Shown: piece by piece, positions 1-11,677 of the stretch
How positions within the stretch are numbered: the first letter of the stretch is position 1
How the letters are laid out: each line of letters starts with the position of its first letter
Source: Heptranchias perlo
Lineage: Eukaryota
Length of the DNA stretch: 64,000 bases
Assembly: GCF_035084215.1 (NCBI RefSeq)
Contig: NC_090325.1
Coordinates: forward strand, 22,630,001 to 22,694,000
Direction: 5' to 3'
The notes under the pieces: generated by a model
What the model was told of the DNA's origin: nothing
The model's database searches: none
Seen by the model: the letters and a program-made list of their open reading frames with translations, nothing else
Made by a program: the position numbers and the translations under genes

Positions 1-990
1 AGATCTAAAATGGTCTGTTCCCTGGTTGGTTCCACGGTGTTTTGTTCCAGGAAACTATCTCGAATGCATTCCATGAACTCGTCCTCCAAAGTATTTTTGC
101 CAATTTGATTTGCCCAGTCTATATGAAGATTAAAATCTCCCACGGTTACTGCCTTACCCTTATTACAAGCTTCTCTTATTTCTTGATTAACACTCTGTCC
201 AACAGTACAACTACTGTTAGGGGGCCTATAAACTACTCCCACCAGTGTTTTCTGACCCTTGTTATTTCTTATCTCCACCGATACTGATTCTATTTCCTGA
301 TCTTCCGAGCCAAGATCCTTTCTCACCACCGCCTTTATGCCATCCTTTATTATCAGGGCTACACCCCCTCCTTTTGTCTGTCTTTTCAAAAAGTCAAATA
401 CACTGGAATATTTAGTTCCCAACCTTGGTTACCTTGCAACCATGTCTCAGTAATGGCTACTAGATCAAACCCATTTATCTCTATTTGTGCCATTAATTCA
501 TCTATCTTGTTACGAATGCTTCATGCATTGAGATAAAGTACCTTTAATTTTAACGTTTTACTATTTTTCCCTGATTTGACCTTACTCACTGATGCACTAT
601 TACCGTTAACCTCTCTGACCCTTCCTGACACACTCTGCTTATCTTTATCCAAATCGCTACACTGCTCTACAGCCTTGACTTTTCTCATTAGACTTATAAA
701 TTTACTCTCACCTGAACCCTCCCCCCAGCTTTTTAATTTAAAGCCCTATCTACAGCCCTAGTTATTCAATTCACCAGGACACAAGTCCCAGCCCGGTTTA
801 AGTGGAGCCCGTCCCATCGGAACAGTGCCCTCTTCTCCCAGTACTGGTGCCAGTGCCCCATGAATCGAAACCCCTGTCTTCCACACTACTCCTTGCCACG
901 CATTTAACTCTCTGATCTGTTGACCCTATGCTAATTTGTGCGTGGCTCAGGCAGTAACCCAGAGATTATTACCTTTGAGGTTCTGCTTTT
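1..990 (-). mobile_element. CR1 LINE fragment (ORF1 end / endonuclease region), decayed
   Basis: Similar to the CR1 endonuclease segments at 3360-3580 and 4909-5200. Confidence 0.75.
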
Positions 991-1052
991 TAATTCCCAA
1001 CCACAGAAAATGTATTTCCCTACTCACAGTTTTAAAACATTTCATAATTTTA

Positions 1053-3580
1053 TAACATAGAAACATAGAAAATAGAAGCAGGAGTCGGCCATTTGGCCCT
1101 TCGAGCCAAATATGATCATGGCTGATCCTCTATCTCAATACCATATTCCCGCTCTCTCCCCATACCCTTTGATGCCTTTTGTGTCTAGAAATCTATCTAT
1201 CCCCTTCTTAAATACATTCAGTGACTTGGCCTCCACAGCCTTCTGTGGTACAGAATTCCACAGGTTCATCACCTTCTGAGTGAAGAAATTTCTCCTCATC
1301 TCAGTCCTAAATGTCCTACCCCATATCCTGAGACTATGACCCCTCATTCTGGACCCCCCAGCCAGGGGAAACATCCTCCCTGCATCCAGTCTGTCTAGTG
1401 CTGTCAGAATTCTATATGTTTCAATGAGATCCCCTCTCATTCTTCTAAACTCAAGTACAGGCCGAGTCGACCCAATCACTCCTCATACGACAGTCCTGCC
1501 ATTCCAGGAATCAGTCTGGTGAACCTTCGCTGCACTCCCCCTATGCAAGTATATCCTTTCTTAGGTAAGGAGACCAAAACTGCACACAATACTCCAGGTG
1601 TGGTCTCACCAAGGCCCTGTATAACTGCAGTAAGAAATCCTTGCTCCTGTACTCAAATCCTCTTGCAATGAAGGCCAACATACCATTTGCCTTCCTAATT
1701 GCTTACTGCACCTGCATGTTTGCTTTCAGTGACTGGTGTACAAGGACACCCAGGTCCCTTTGTACATCAACATTTCCCAATCTATCACCATTTAAATAAT
1801 ACACTGCCTTTCTGTTTTTCCTTCCGAAGTGGATAACTTCACATTTATCCACATTATACTGCATCTGCCATGTATTTGCCCACTCACTCAACTTTTCTAA
1901 ATCGCCTTAAAGCCTCTTTGCATCCTCCTCACAACTCACGATCCCACCTAGTTTTGTGTGGTCAGCAAACTTGGAAATATTACATTTGGTTCCCTCATCC
2001 AAGTCATTCATATATATTGTGAATAGCTGGGGCCCAAGCACCGATCCCTGCGGTACCCCACTAGACACTGCCTGCCACCCTGAAAAAGGCCCTTTTCTTC
2101 CTACTCTCTGTTTCCTGTCTGTTAACCAATTTTCAATCCATGCCAGTATATTACCACCAATCCCATGTTCTTTAATTTTGTACACTAACCGTTTATGTGG
2201 GACATTATCAAATAAACCACATCCACTGGTTCTTCCTTATCTATTCTACCAGTTACATCCTCAAAAAACTCCAGTAGGTTTGTCAAACATGATTTCCCTT
2301 TCATAAATTCATGCTGACTTTGTCTAATCCCGTTGATATTTTCTAAGTGTCCTGTTATCACATCCTTTATAATGGAATCCAGCATTTTCCCTACTACTGA
2401 TGTTAAGCTAACCGGTCTGTAGTTCCCTGTTTTCTCTCACCCTCCCTTTTTAAATAGTGGGGTTACATTTGCCACCCTCCAATTGGCAGGAACTGTTCCA
2501 TAATCTATAGAATTTTGGAAGATGACAACTAATGCATCCCACTATTTCCATGGCTACCTCTTTTAGTACTCTGGGATGCAGATTATCAGGTCCTGGGGAT
2601 TTATTGGCTTTCAGTCCCATTAATTTCTCCAGCACTATTTTTTTACTAATACTAATTTCCTTTAATTTCTCCTTCTCACTATTCCCTTGGTTACCTAGCA
2701 TTTCTGGGAAGTTTTTTGTGTCCTCTTCCGTGAAGACAGAACCAAAGTATTTGTTTAATTGCTCTGCCATTTCCTTGTTCCCCATTATAAATTCTCCCAT
2801 TTCTGACTGTAAAGGAACTGCATTTGTCTTCACTAATCTTTTTCTTTTTACATTCTTGTAGAAGCTTTTACAGTCCACTTTTATGTTCCTTGCAAGTTTA
2901 CTCTCATACTCTATTTTTCCCCTCTTAATCAATCTCTTGGTTCTTTTTTGCTGAATTCTAAACTGCCCCCAATCCTCAGGCTTGCTACTTTTTCTGGCAA
3001 CTCCTCTTTGAATCTAATACTATCCTTAATTTCTTTTGTTAGCCATGGTTGGGTCACTTTTCTTTTTGTGTTTTTGCACCAGAAAGAAATGTATAATTGT
3101 TGCAATTCATGCATTTGTTCCTTAAATGTTAGCCATTGCCTATCCAGCATCAGGCCTTTTAATGAAGCTTCCCAATCTATCATAGCCAATTCACTCCTCA
3201 TACCTTCGTAGTTTCCTTTGTTTAGATTTAGGACCTTAGTTTCGGATTGGACTACTTCACTTTCCATCTTAATGAAGAATTCTATCATGTTATGGTCACT
3301 CTTCCCTAAAGGACCCCGCACAACAAGATTATTAATTAACCCCTTCTCATTGAACAATATCCAATCTAAGATCGCCTGTACCCTGGTTGGCTCCTCAATG
3401 TACTGGTCTAAAAAACCATCTCATACACACTCCAGGAATTCATCCTCCACAGTATTATTGCTAATTTGGTTTGGCCAGTCTATATGTAGATTAAAGTCAC
3501 CCATGATTACTGTAGTACCCTTGTTAAATTCATCTTTAATTTCCTGTTTGATGCCGTCCCCTACATTACCACTACTGTTT
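1053..3580 (-). mobile_element. CR1 LINE, ORF2 (endonuclease-RT) with 3' tail, frameshifted
   Basis: Minus ORFs with GKSDHN, KSPGPD, KSCLTNL, GVPQGSVLGP, KFAD, RGDLIE; (TTCTATGT)-type tail at 1053-1075. Confidence 0.95.
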
Positions 3581-4908
3581 GGAGGATATAACGTATAGGG
3601 TGGATAAAGGGGAACCAGTGGACGTAGTGTATTTAGACTTCCAGAAGGCATTCGACAAGGTGCCACATAAAAGATTATTACTTAAGATAAAAAATCACGG
3701 GATTGGGGGTAATATTCTGGCATGGGTGGAGGATTGGTTATCAAACAGGAAGCAGAGAGTTGGGATAAATGGTTCATTTTCGGACTGGCAACCAGTAACC
3801 AGTGGTGTTCCACAGGGGTCGGTGCTGGGTCCCCAACTCTTTACAATCTATATTAACGATTTGGAGGAGGGGACCGAGTGCAACATATCAAAATTTGCAG
3901 ATGATACAAAGATGGGAGGGAAAGTAGAGAGTGAGGAGGACATAAAAAACCTGCAAGGGGATATAGACAGGCTGGGTGAGTGGGCGGAGATTTGGCAGAT
4001 GCAATATAATATTGGAAAATGTGAGGTTATGCACTTTGGCAGGAAAAATCAGAGAGCAAGTTATTTTCTTAATGGCGAGAGACTGGAAAGTACTGCAGTA
4101 CAAAGGGATCTGGGGGTCCTAGTGCAAGAAAATCAAAAAGTTGGTATGCAGGTGCAGCAGGTGATCAAGAAAGCCAACGGAATGTTGGCTTTTATTGCTA
4201 GGGGGATAGAATATAAAAACAAGGAGGTATTGCTGCAGTTATATAAGGTATTGGTGAGACCGCACCTGGAATACTGCATACAGTTTTGGTGTCCATACTT
4301 AAGAAAAGACATACTTGCTCTCGAGGCAGTACAAAGAAGGTTCACTCGGTTAATCCCGGGGATGAGGGGGCGGACATATGAGGAGAGGTTGAGTAGATTG
4401 GGACTCTACTCATTGGAGTTCAGAAGAATGAGAGGCGATCTTATTGAAACATATAAGATTGTGAAGGGTCTTGATCGGGTGGATGCAGTAAGGATGTTCC
4501 CAAAGATGGGTGAAACTAGAACTAGGGGGCATAATCTTAGAATAAGGGGCTGCTCTTTCAAAACTGAGATGAGGAGAAACTTCTTCACTCAGAGGGTAGT
4601 AGGTCTGTGGAATTTGCTGCCCCAGGAAGCTGTGGAAGCTACATCATTAGATAAATTTAAAACAGAAATAGACAGTTTCCTAGAAGTAAAGGGAATTAGG
4701 GGTTATGGGGAGCGGGCAGGAAATTGGACATGAAGCTGAGTTCGGATCGGTCAATGCCCTGTGGGTGGCGGAGAGGGCCCAGGGGCTATGTGGCCGGGTC
4801 CTGCTCCGACTTCTTGTGTTCTTTAGATTTGTGGTTGGGATCAGGCTCGAGGGGCCGATTGGCCTACTCCTGCTCCAATTTCTTATGTTCTTATGTTCTT
4901 ATGTTCTT
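3581..4908 (+). mobile_element. young 5'-truncated CR1 LINE with uninterrupted 384-aa RT C-terminal ORF, nested in an older CR1
   Basis: ORF 3579..4733 has YLDFQKAFDKV, VPQGSVLGP, KFADD; (TTCTTATG)x3 tail at ~4880-4908. Confidence 0.95.
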
Positions 4909-5290
4909 AACTCCACCCAGACTGATTCTACATCTTGATTTTCTGAGCCAATATAATTTCTTATTATTGGTCTGATTTGATCCTTTACTAACGCCACACA
5001 CCTCCTTTTCTTCTTTGCCTGTCCTTCCTAAATATCGAATACCCTTGGATATTCAGCTCCCAGCCTTGGTCACCCTGCAGCCATGTCTCTGTAATTGCAA
5101 TTATATCATATCCGTTTACATCAATTTGCGCTGTTAATTCATCTACCTTATTACGAATGCTTCGTACATTCAGATAAAGTGCCTTTAGATTTATCTTTTT
5201 AACATTTTTAGACATCTTAACATTTTTTTGTACTATGGCCCTATTTGTCTTATTACCATTTTTTCTTACCCGGACCCTATTTGTTAGTGC
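4909..5290 (-). mobile_element. 5' continuation of the host CR1 (N-terminus of ORF2 endonuclease)
   Basis: ORF 4988..5215: LYLNVRSIRNK...DIIAITETWL...FRKDR. Confidence 0.9.
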
Positions 5291-5299
5291 ATTCTTTTA

Positions 5300-7200
5300 A
5301 CCCTCTATTAAATCTCATCTTAGTCTTCTCTGCTCCAATGGAAATAGTCCCATTATCTCAAGTCTCTCCTGATAACTATAGTTTTCCATCCCTAGTATCA
5401 TCCTGATGAATCTACATTGCACGTTCTCTATGGAATTAATGTCCTTTCTATATTGTTGTGTCTAGAACTACATTCAGCACTCTAACTGTGGCCTAACCAA
5501 TGTTTTGTACAGCTTTACCATTACTTTTTTACTCTTGTACTTTATGCCCCCATTTGTAAATGCTGTTGGCCTTTTTTAAGAACATAAAAACAAAAGAAAT
5601 GGGAGCAGGAGTTGGCCATATGGCCCCTCCAGCCTGTCCCACCATTCAATAAGATCATGGCTGGTCTTTAACCTCAACTCCACTTTCCCGCCCGATCCCC
5701 ACATCGTTTGATTCCCTTTGAGTCCAAAAATCTATCGATCTCAGCCTTGAATATATTCAACGACTGAGCATCCACAGCCCCCTGGGGTAAAGAATTCCAA
5801 AGATTCACAACCCTGAGTGAAGAAATTTTTCCTCATCTTAGTCCTAAATAGCCGAACCCTTGTCTTGAGACTATGCCCCCTAGTTCTAGACTCTCCAGCC
5901 AGGGGAAACAGCCTCTCAGCATTTACCCTGTCAAGCCCTCTAAGAATTTTATACATTTCAATGAGATCACCTCTCATTCTTATAAACTCCAGAGAATATA
6001 GGCCCATTCTACTCAATCTCTCCTCATAGGGCAACCCTCTCATCCTATTATGACTTTATCTACTTGCGCTTGCAATTTCAGGGAATTGTGGACTTGAACA
6101 CTTGGGTCTCTCTCACACTTGTCCACATTAATTCCATCTGGCACCTGTCTGCCCATTCCACTATATCCTTCTGAAGTCATTGACAATCCTCATCACTGTT
6201 TACCAAACCTCTTACTTCTGTATCATCAGCAAATTTCAAGATTGTGCTCCCTAATCCCAAATCCAAATCATTCATATAAACTGAGAACAAAAGTGAAGCC
6301 AACAATGTCAACCCTTCTCTAATCTCAGCAATACCCATTAACCTAAACCTTTGTTTCCTATCTGTCAACCAACTTTCTAACCATGTTGCTACATTTCTCC
6401 TTATACCCTACGCAATGAGAATTTTTTGTAACAAGCCTCCTGTGAGACTTCTTATTAAATGCTTTCTGAAAATCCATATACACCACATCTACTGCATTCC
6501 ATTTATCTATCTAAATGGTCACCTCTTCAAAGAATTCTATTAAATTTGCCAAACATGACTTGCCTTTCACAAACTTGTGCAGGCTGTCCTTGAGTAACCT
6601 ATGCATCTCACTAATTCTACCTCAGATTATAGATTCTAGAGTCTGCCCACAGCAGAATAACTGGTCTATAGTTACCAGTCTATCTCTCTCTCTCTTCTTG
6701 AACAAGGGTGTTAACATTTGCAATTCTTCAGTCCCACAGCACAATTTTCATATTTAAGGAAATAATGGCCGGTGCCTCTGCTATCTCCTCTCTGACTACC
6801 TTCAAAAGCTTGGGCTGCCATCTGGGCCCTGGTGACTTATCCACCTCAAATTCTTTTGTTATTTATTTTAAAATCCATTACTTTTCTGCAGTTATCTTTA
6901 ATTATTTTAGTACACCTTCCACTAGCACACCTACATTCTCACTTCCCCGTCATTTGTAAAAAATGATACAAAATATTTATTTTATAGCTTCATCCTCCAC
7001 AATTAGACTCGCTTTCATCTCTGAGTTATCCTACCATCTCTTTAACCATTATTTTACTTTTTAATATGTTTATAAAAGCCCTTGGTATTTCCAATTGTGC
7101 CCTTTTACATATTCCCTTTTAATCCTTCTAACCTCATCATTCTTATTTCCCCGCTACACTTCTTTATTCAACATGGCCTTCTTTTGTACTGTTAGCATAA
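5300..7200 (-). mobile_element. old CR1 LINE with a younger CR1 3' fragment nested at ~5581-6045
   Basis: ORFs 5741..6043 (RGDLIE...TRGH) and 6177..6368 (KFADDT). Confidence 0.85.
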
Positions 7201-7369
7201 TTTTATCATATGCCTCCCTTATAAGTTTAAAAGTAATATAAATGTGCATTGGCTTAATATAGGTGAATGTACTTTCTTGAGAATTCAATTCAAAAAACAA
7301 GGAACAATAAACAATGAACATTAAAAAAACACAGAAGCTTGAATATTCTTAATATGCCAGATATGCAAA

Positions 7370-7730
7370 TAATCTTGGCTGACATTGGAGTGAAGTACTG
7401 AGGGAGTGCTGTACTGTTGGGGGTGCCTTCTTTTGGATGAGACATTAAACTGAGTTCCCCTCTGCTCTCTCAGGTGCACATAAAAGATCCATGGCATTAT
7501 TCAGGGAAGGGGAGTTCACCTGGTGTTGTGGCCAATGTTTATCTCTCAACCGACATCACTAAAAAAGCACAGATTATCTGGTCATTATCTCATTGCTATT
7601 TATGGGAGCTTACTGTGCACAAATTGACTACTAGATTACCCTACATTACAACAGCGACTACACTTCAAAAGTACATAATTGGCTGTGAAGCGTTTTGGGG
7701 ATGACCTGAGGTCGTGAATGCAAGTCCTTC
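7370..7730 (+). mobile_element. Deu-domain SINE (SacSINE1-like), 5'-truncated
   Basis: Core GTACTGAGGGAGTGCTG...GATGAGACATTAAAC and tail CTTCAAAAGTAC...GCGTTTTGGG, shared with copies at 15.4, 19.2 and 51.9 kb. Confidence 0.75.
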
Positions 7731-10339
7731 ATCATCCTCTCCATTTATCCTTATGGACACTTGCAATGATAAAATGTTGTGAGGGTCTGCTAGACCCCAT
7801 ATGGTCTTTAATTCACAGTATTAGAGGTGACATGCTTGCTTATGATACCGCACTGCAATGTTTACCGTTCTCAGTGCAGCGTGACACGCTGTATAGCCCA
7901 CTTTGAACACAAGCTTCAGCAAATTCCGAAGTATCTCCACACCTCCACAAACCCCTCCGTGCACCGGTTTTGTGCTCTTTGTACCAGCTCGCCCACGCGG
8001 CTTGCGGTTTGGAAGAAAGCTGAGAAACCGTTCAAAAAGCGGAAAAAAAGGAAGCCGATGGCGCAATTCCGGATCGTTGTGTTGTTTTAGGGTTATTGAA
8101 ACCTATTCTTTATTCCGAAAATGCGTGCTGCCTGTACCTTATTCAGTGGTTGTAGTCAGAAGTCAAATAAATGTTTTGGGAAGTCACGCATAAAATCCCC
8201 TTTAGGGCCCGAATATCGACGGCTCCTCTAAATAAACAGGATTTTCAAATTGACACATTGCTACTGAGTCCTTATTGATTCGGCTACTCTCAGGAGTTAA
8301 TGATTCCCTAGTAGGACGGTGCTGAACTTATTCCAAAAAAAACCTACAATGTTTGGGACGTTAGGCCTGGAAATCATGTATTTCATACGGTTAGGGTAGA
8401 ATTAAAGGTTGGTGAGTCTGGCACCAGATTGTAGTCACCAAATGTGGAGATCAGCATCCACCCTTTCTCTCTCAACACAAAGGCACTAAATTCACCATCT
8501 ACCGAAAGCAGGTGGAACACAAACTCCTCTCACCTCCACTCACCCGAGCAATCCAGAGTCCCAGCCGCCTTGCTATGACCAGTAGGCTGAAACGGGACTT
8601 CTTGATGAAGCTGAGCAGGTCGCCAGATCACAGTCACCCCTTCTATTTTTCCGTCGACTGGGTTTCGACCTTTTTCCTCAATCCCTGCCCTGAACAGACG
8701 ATGGCTGCGTTGAATCTACAGCTGTCACCAAATGCGGTGCCACAACTCCCTTCGGATGCCTCTCGTCACCGCCTGGTTGTTCCGACTGTTTAGAAATCGG
8801 TCGCTCTCTGAGAGTTTATTCTATCTCAATCCCTGGGGTTTGAAGAACAAAATGTATATGTGAGTGGGGGGATATAATATACCAAGGTGGCATTTTGAGA
8901 TGGAGTTCACTTTGGTTCCACTTTATATATTGAGGACTAAGAAATATATACACTGGTGATCAAAACGCTTCTTGATAACAAGCTTGTTAAATTGTACTGG
9001 CCTTTAAAGGATCAATAAAGTGTCTGAACATAACCTGTAATTCTAAACCCCTCTCGGAATTGCAGTTTTTGTTATGCAACGTGAAAATGACAGATTGACA
9101 CATGTTATCCTTGGACCGGGATTCTTCCTAAATTAAAGTTACTTTTCAGGATAAATTCCCAGCTTCTCTGAGGTGGAAGGCGCCCTTTATAAATAATAAA
9201 ATGGTTTGAAAATGGTATAAACTGTTGGTGAGCTTCGTATCGCTTTGATATGTTTCCATTCTGAAGTAATTTCTCCACGGGAAGAGCTGCGCAGAAACGC
9301 AATACATTCTAGGTATATATTATTGTTTTAAAGATTACAATTATAAACAGGTATCTCGTAAATTACTCTGACGGTGCGTTCTGCAATGGCTAGTTCCATT
9401 TAAAAAAACTTATCACATAGATTGTGTAAATAATTCGATCAGTTGATATAGTTTTTATGAATTAAGAAAAATGCATACAAAATAAAATGTTCGATATAGA
9501 ACTGGGCGATTGTGCCACTAATTCTGCCACAGATAGTCAGCGTACAACTGGGCCGTTATTTGTATTTAACTAGAACCGACAGGAATTAAGATGGTCAGAA
9601 CAGCTGTTCCATTCTTGATATTTTTTGGACAAGTTACGTGGTTGCATTTTGTTTCCTTTACAATAATATGTTGAAAATGCAGTTTATTGTAAAACGGTTG
9701 ATGTGTTCAATATTTTGGAGTAATATTAGGGCAAGAATTTGCAATACATGGGTGTTTTCTGTCGAGCGGTCCAGGATAGCGCTAAGAACTCCTGCCTGAT
9801 CATATATCAAGGCCAGATTCATTTAAGTACTACAGAAATATCACAGGAAATCTGAATATTATTTGCTGCTTGATGTATTTTTTTATACAACATGCTGATA
9901 ACACTTTCAAATTATTGAAGACCGGTAACTGAGCTGTTCTTAGTAACGTGTTGGTCTTACTAAGGTTCGATCTTCTTCACACTGATTATGGACATTCTAG
10001 GGTAAGCGTGTGTAAGAAAGAAACCTTCCTTAGTAACAGAGAGACGAGCTTCCAGTGGAATTTATTCACCGATTAAATCTGAGGCAAGTAATATACACAC
10101 ACGCATCCTTGCTGAGCAATTGTCTAATGATTTCATTAGAGGCTTGGTAGAAATAATGTTATATAATGCCAAATACCTTTGCAAAACAACTGAATGGTAA
10201 ATGTATTCGGTTTATTAGGATGGCAGAGAAGAGGACCCGCTACAGGTATTCTTTTGGTTCAGTGAGCCACGTGAATATATCAAATTGTTCCATTTTAATA
10301 TAGTACCTTTTTGGTGCTCAAGGTAGAAAATTATCAAGC

Positions 10340-11210
10340 CTTGCACAAGACTTGAGAGGAAGGCTGTTTCTCTCCCAGTTGTGTACATGTGGAATACACT
10401 CCCAGATGAAGCAGTTAAAGCTGCTTTAAATCAGGAGTTCGGAAAGCTTAGAATGACAGTTAGGCATGTCAAAAGCAGACTAGGTACAATCTCCCCTATC
10501 CTGGACCCTACTCCGCTCATTTATTTTCCTTAAGGAACTTTCTCCAACTTTTTACCTGACCCCTAAAAGCAACGTCCAAAATATCCATCCCCAATGTCCA
10601 TTGTTCAAACTAGCTGGCTCCTTTCAACTGACCACATTCCCTTGTCCTCAGTAGCACATGACTCTGCGCTCCTTAGAGTATTTGATTATACCTGACTATA
10701 CTTAGAACAAATGAAACAATCGGATACACTAACGCTGAATTGGGAATCATACATTTCAACAGAATTTTTTGGGAAGAGCATCTGCCACAGAAATTAATTT
10801 GGCTCAATAACCCAATCGAATATACCGAATGATCCCTTTCTAGTGTATTGGGTTAGCCATTGGATTGACTGCCTCTCTGGAACTTTATTCTCGCTTATCT
10901 CACTCGGGGCCTCTGAGCTATGAGTTCACAGTCTCTGTTTATGTCCTAACATTCTCAGTTGAACAACCTGCTTTGTCTACATTATTCATGCTTGTCATTT
11001 TAAACATTTGCATCTTGCCCCCTCGATGTTGTTTCCACCAAAAGAAAACAGTCCAGACGGAGTTTCTCCATCTTTTAGAGCCCCAAATGCCTATTCTTCT
11101 CTGAATCCTCGCCAATGCATTTATGCGGTGCGCTCATAAGTGCGCACAATATTCCAAATTTGACTTCCAATTATTTATACAATGTTACAATGATTGATTA
11201 GCACAAGGGT
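10340..11210. mobile_element. highly decayed CR1 fragments (short + piece, then - piece)
   Basis: Degenerate matches to CR1 3' RT region and 3' UTR. Confidence 0.5.
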
Positions 11211-11424
11211 GCATCTGGAAGACATTTTATGACATGCCCGAAATTTGATCTGTGAAGAGATTGAAGGAGTGGGCATGACGAGACCAATAGCCTTTATCTC
11301 TTTCGTGCTCTGTAATGTTCCTTAAAGCCAAATGCCTAACAGTGACCTGTTAAAGCGTGGAGCTGTTAAATATGGAAGACTGACATTTTGCACTATTCTT
11401 CAGGTTCTTGTCCTAAGAGTAACT

Positions 11425-11631
11425 TTGGAGCATATAACCTGTGCTCCAGATTTGGCCTGATAGATCATATTTGCATATAACAGCGTGTGTGAGTGACGTG
11501 CCCCAGAGCTGGCTGCTGACTGGTGCCTAATGTCAGGGAGCCCTCTGGTAACTTAGAGGCGACTGGTTTCTCCTTACAGCAGAACCTCCTCCCGTAATCT
11601 TCAGTAAACAGCAGCTCTTCGCTTGGGCAAA
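11425..11631 (+). promoter_or_regulatory. putative CD8 proximal promoter/5' UTR
   Basis: Non-repetitive DNA just upstream of the ATG; TATA-like CATATAAC at 11431 and ~11474; CRE-like TGACGT at ~11494. Confidence 0.4.
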
Positions 11632-11677
11632 ATGAAACTTCTTGGATATATTTGTATTCTGAGCTGTTGGATAAAAA
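11632..11677 (+). CDS. CD8B: CD8 exon 1, signal peptide MKLLGYICILSCWIK(S)
   Basis: ATG at 11632, 15 mostly hydrophobic codons + 1 nt, then perfect donor GTAAGT at 11678; phase 1 matches the IgV exon. Confidence 0.85.

Noticed and set aside
1956-3598. Numerous 60-190 aa ORFs antisense to LINE ORF2 here and elsewhere
   Set aside because: Shadow frames of retroelement coding sequence.
3421-3666. ORF that looks like a novel fusion protein
   Set aside because: It spans the junction between two oppositely oriented CR1 elements.
8640-8690. Hammerhead-like TGAGGA...GAAACCCAGTC on the minus strand
   Set aside because: Lacks the initial C of the core and has no credible stem I or II.
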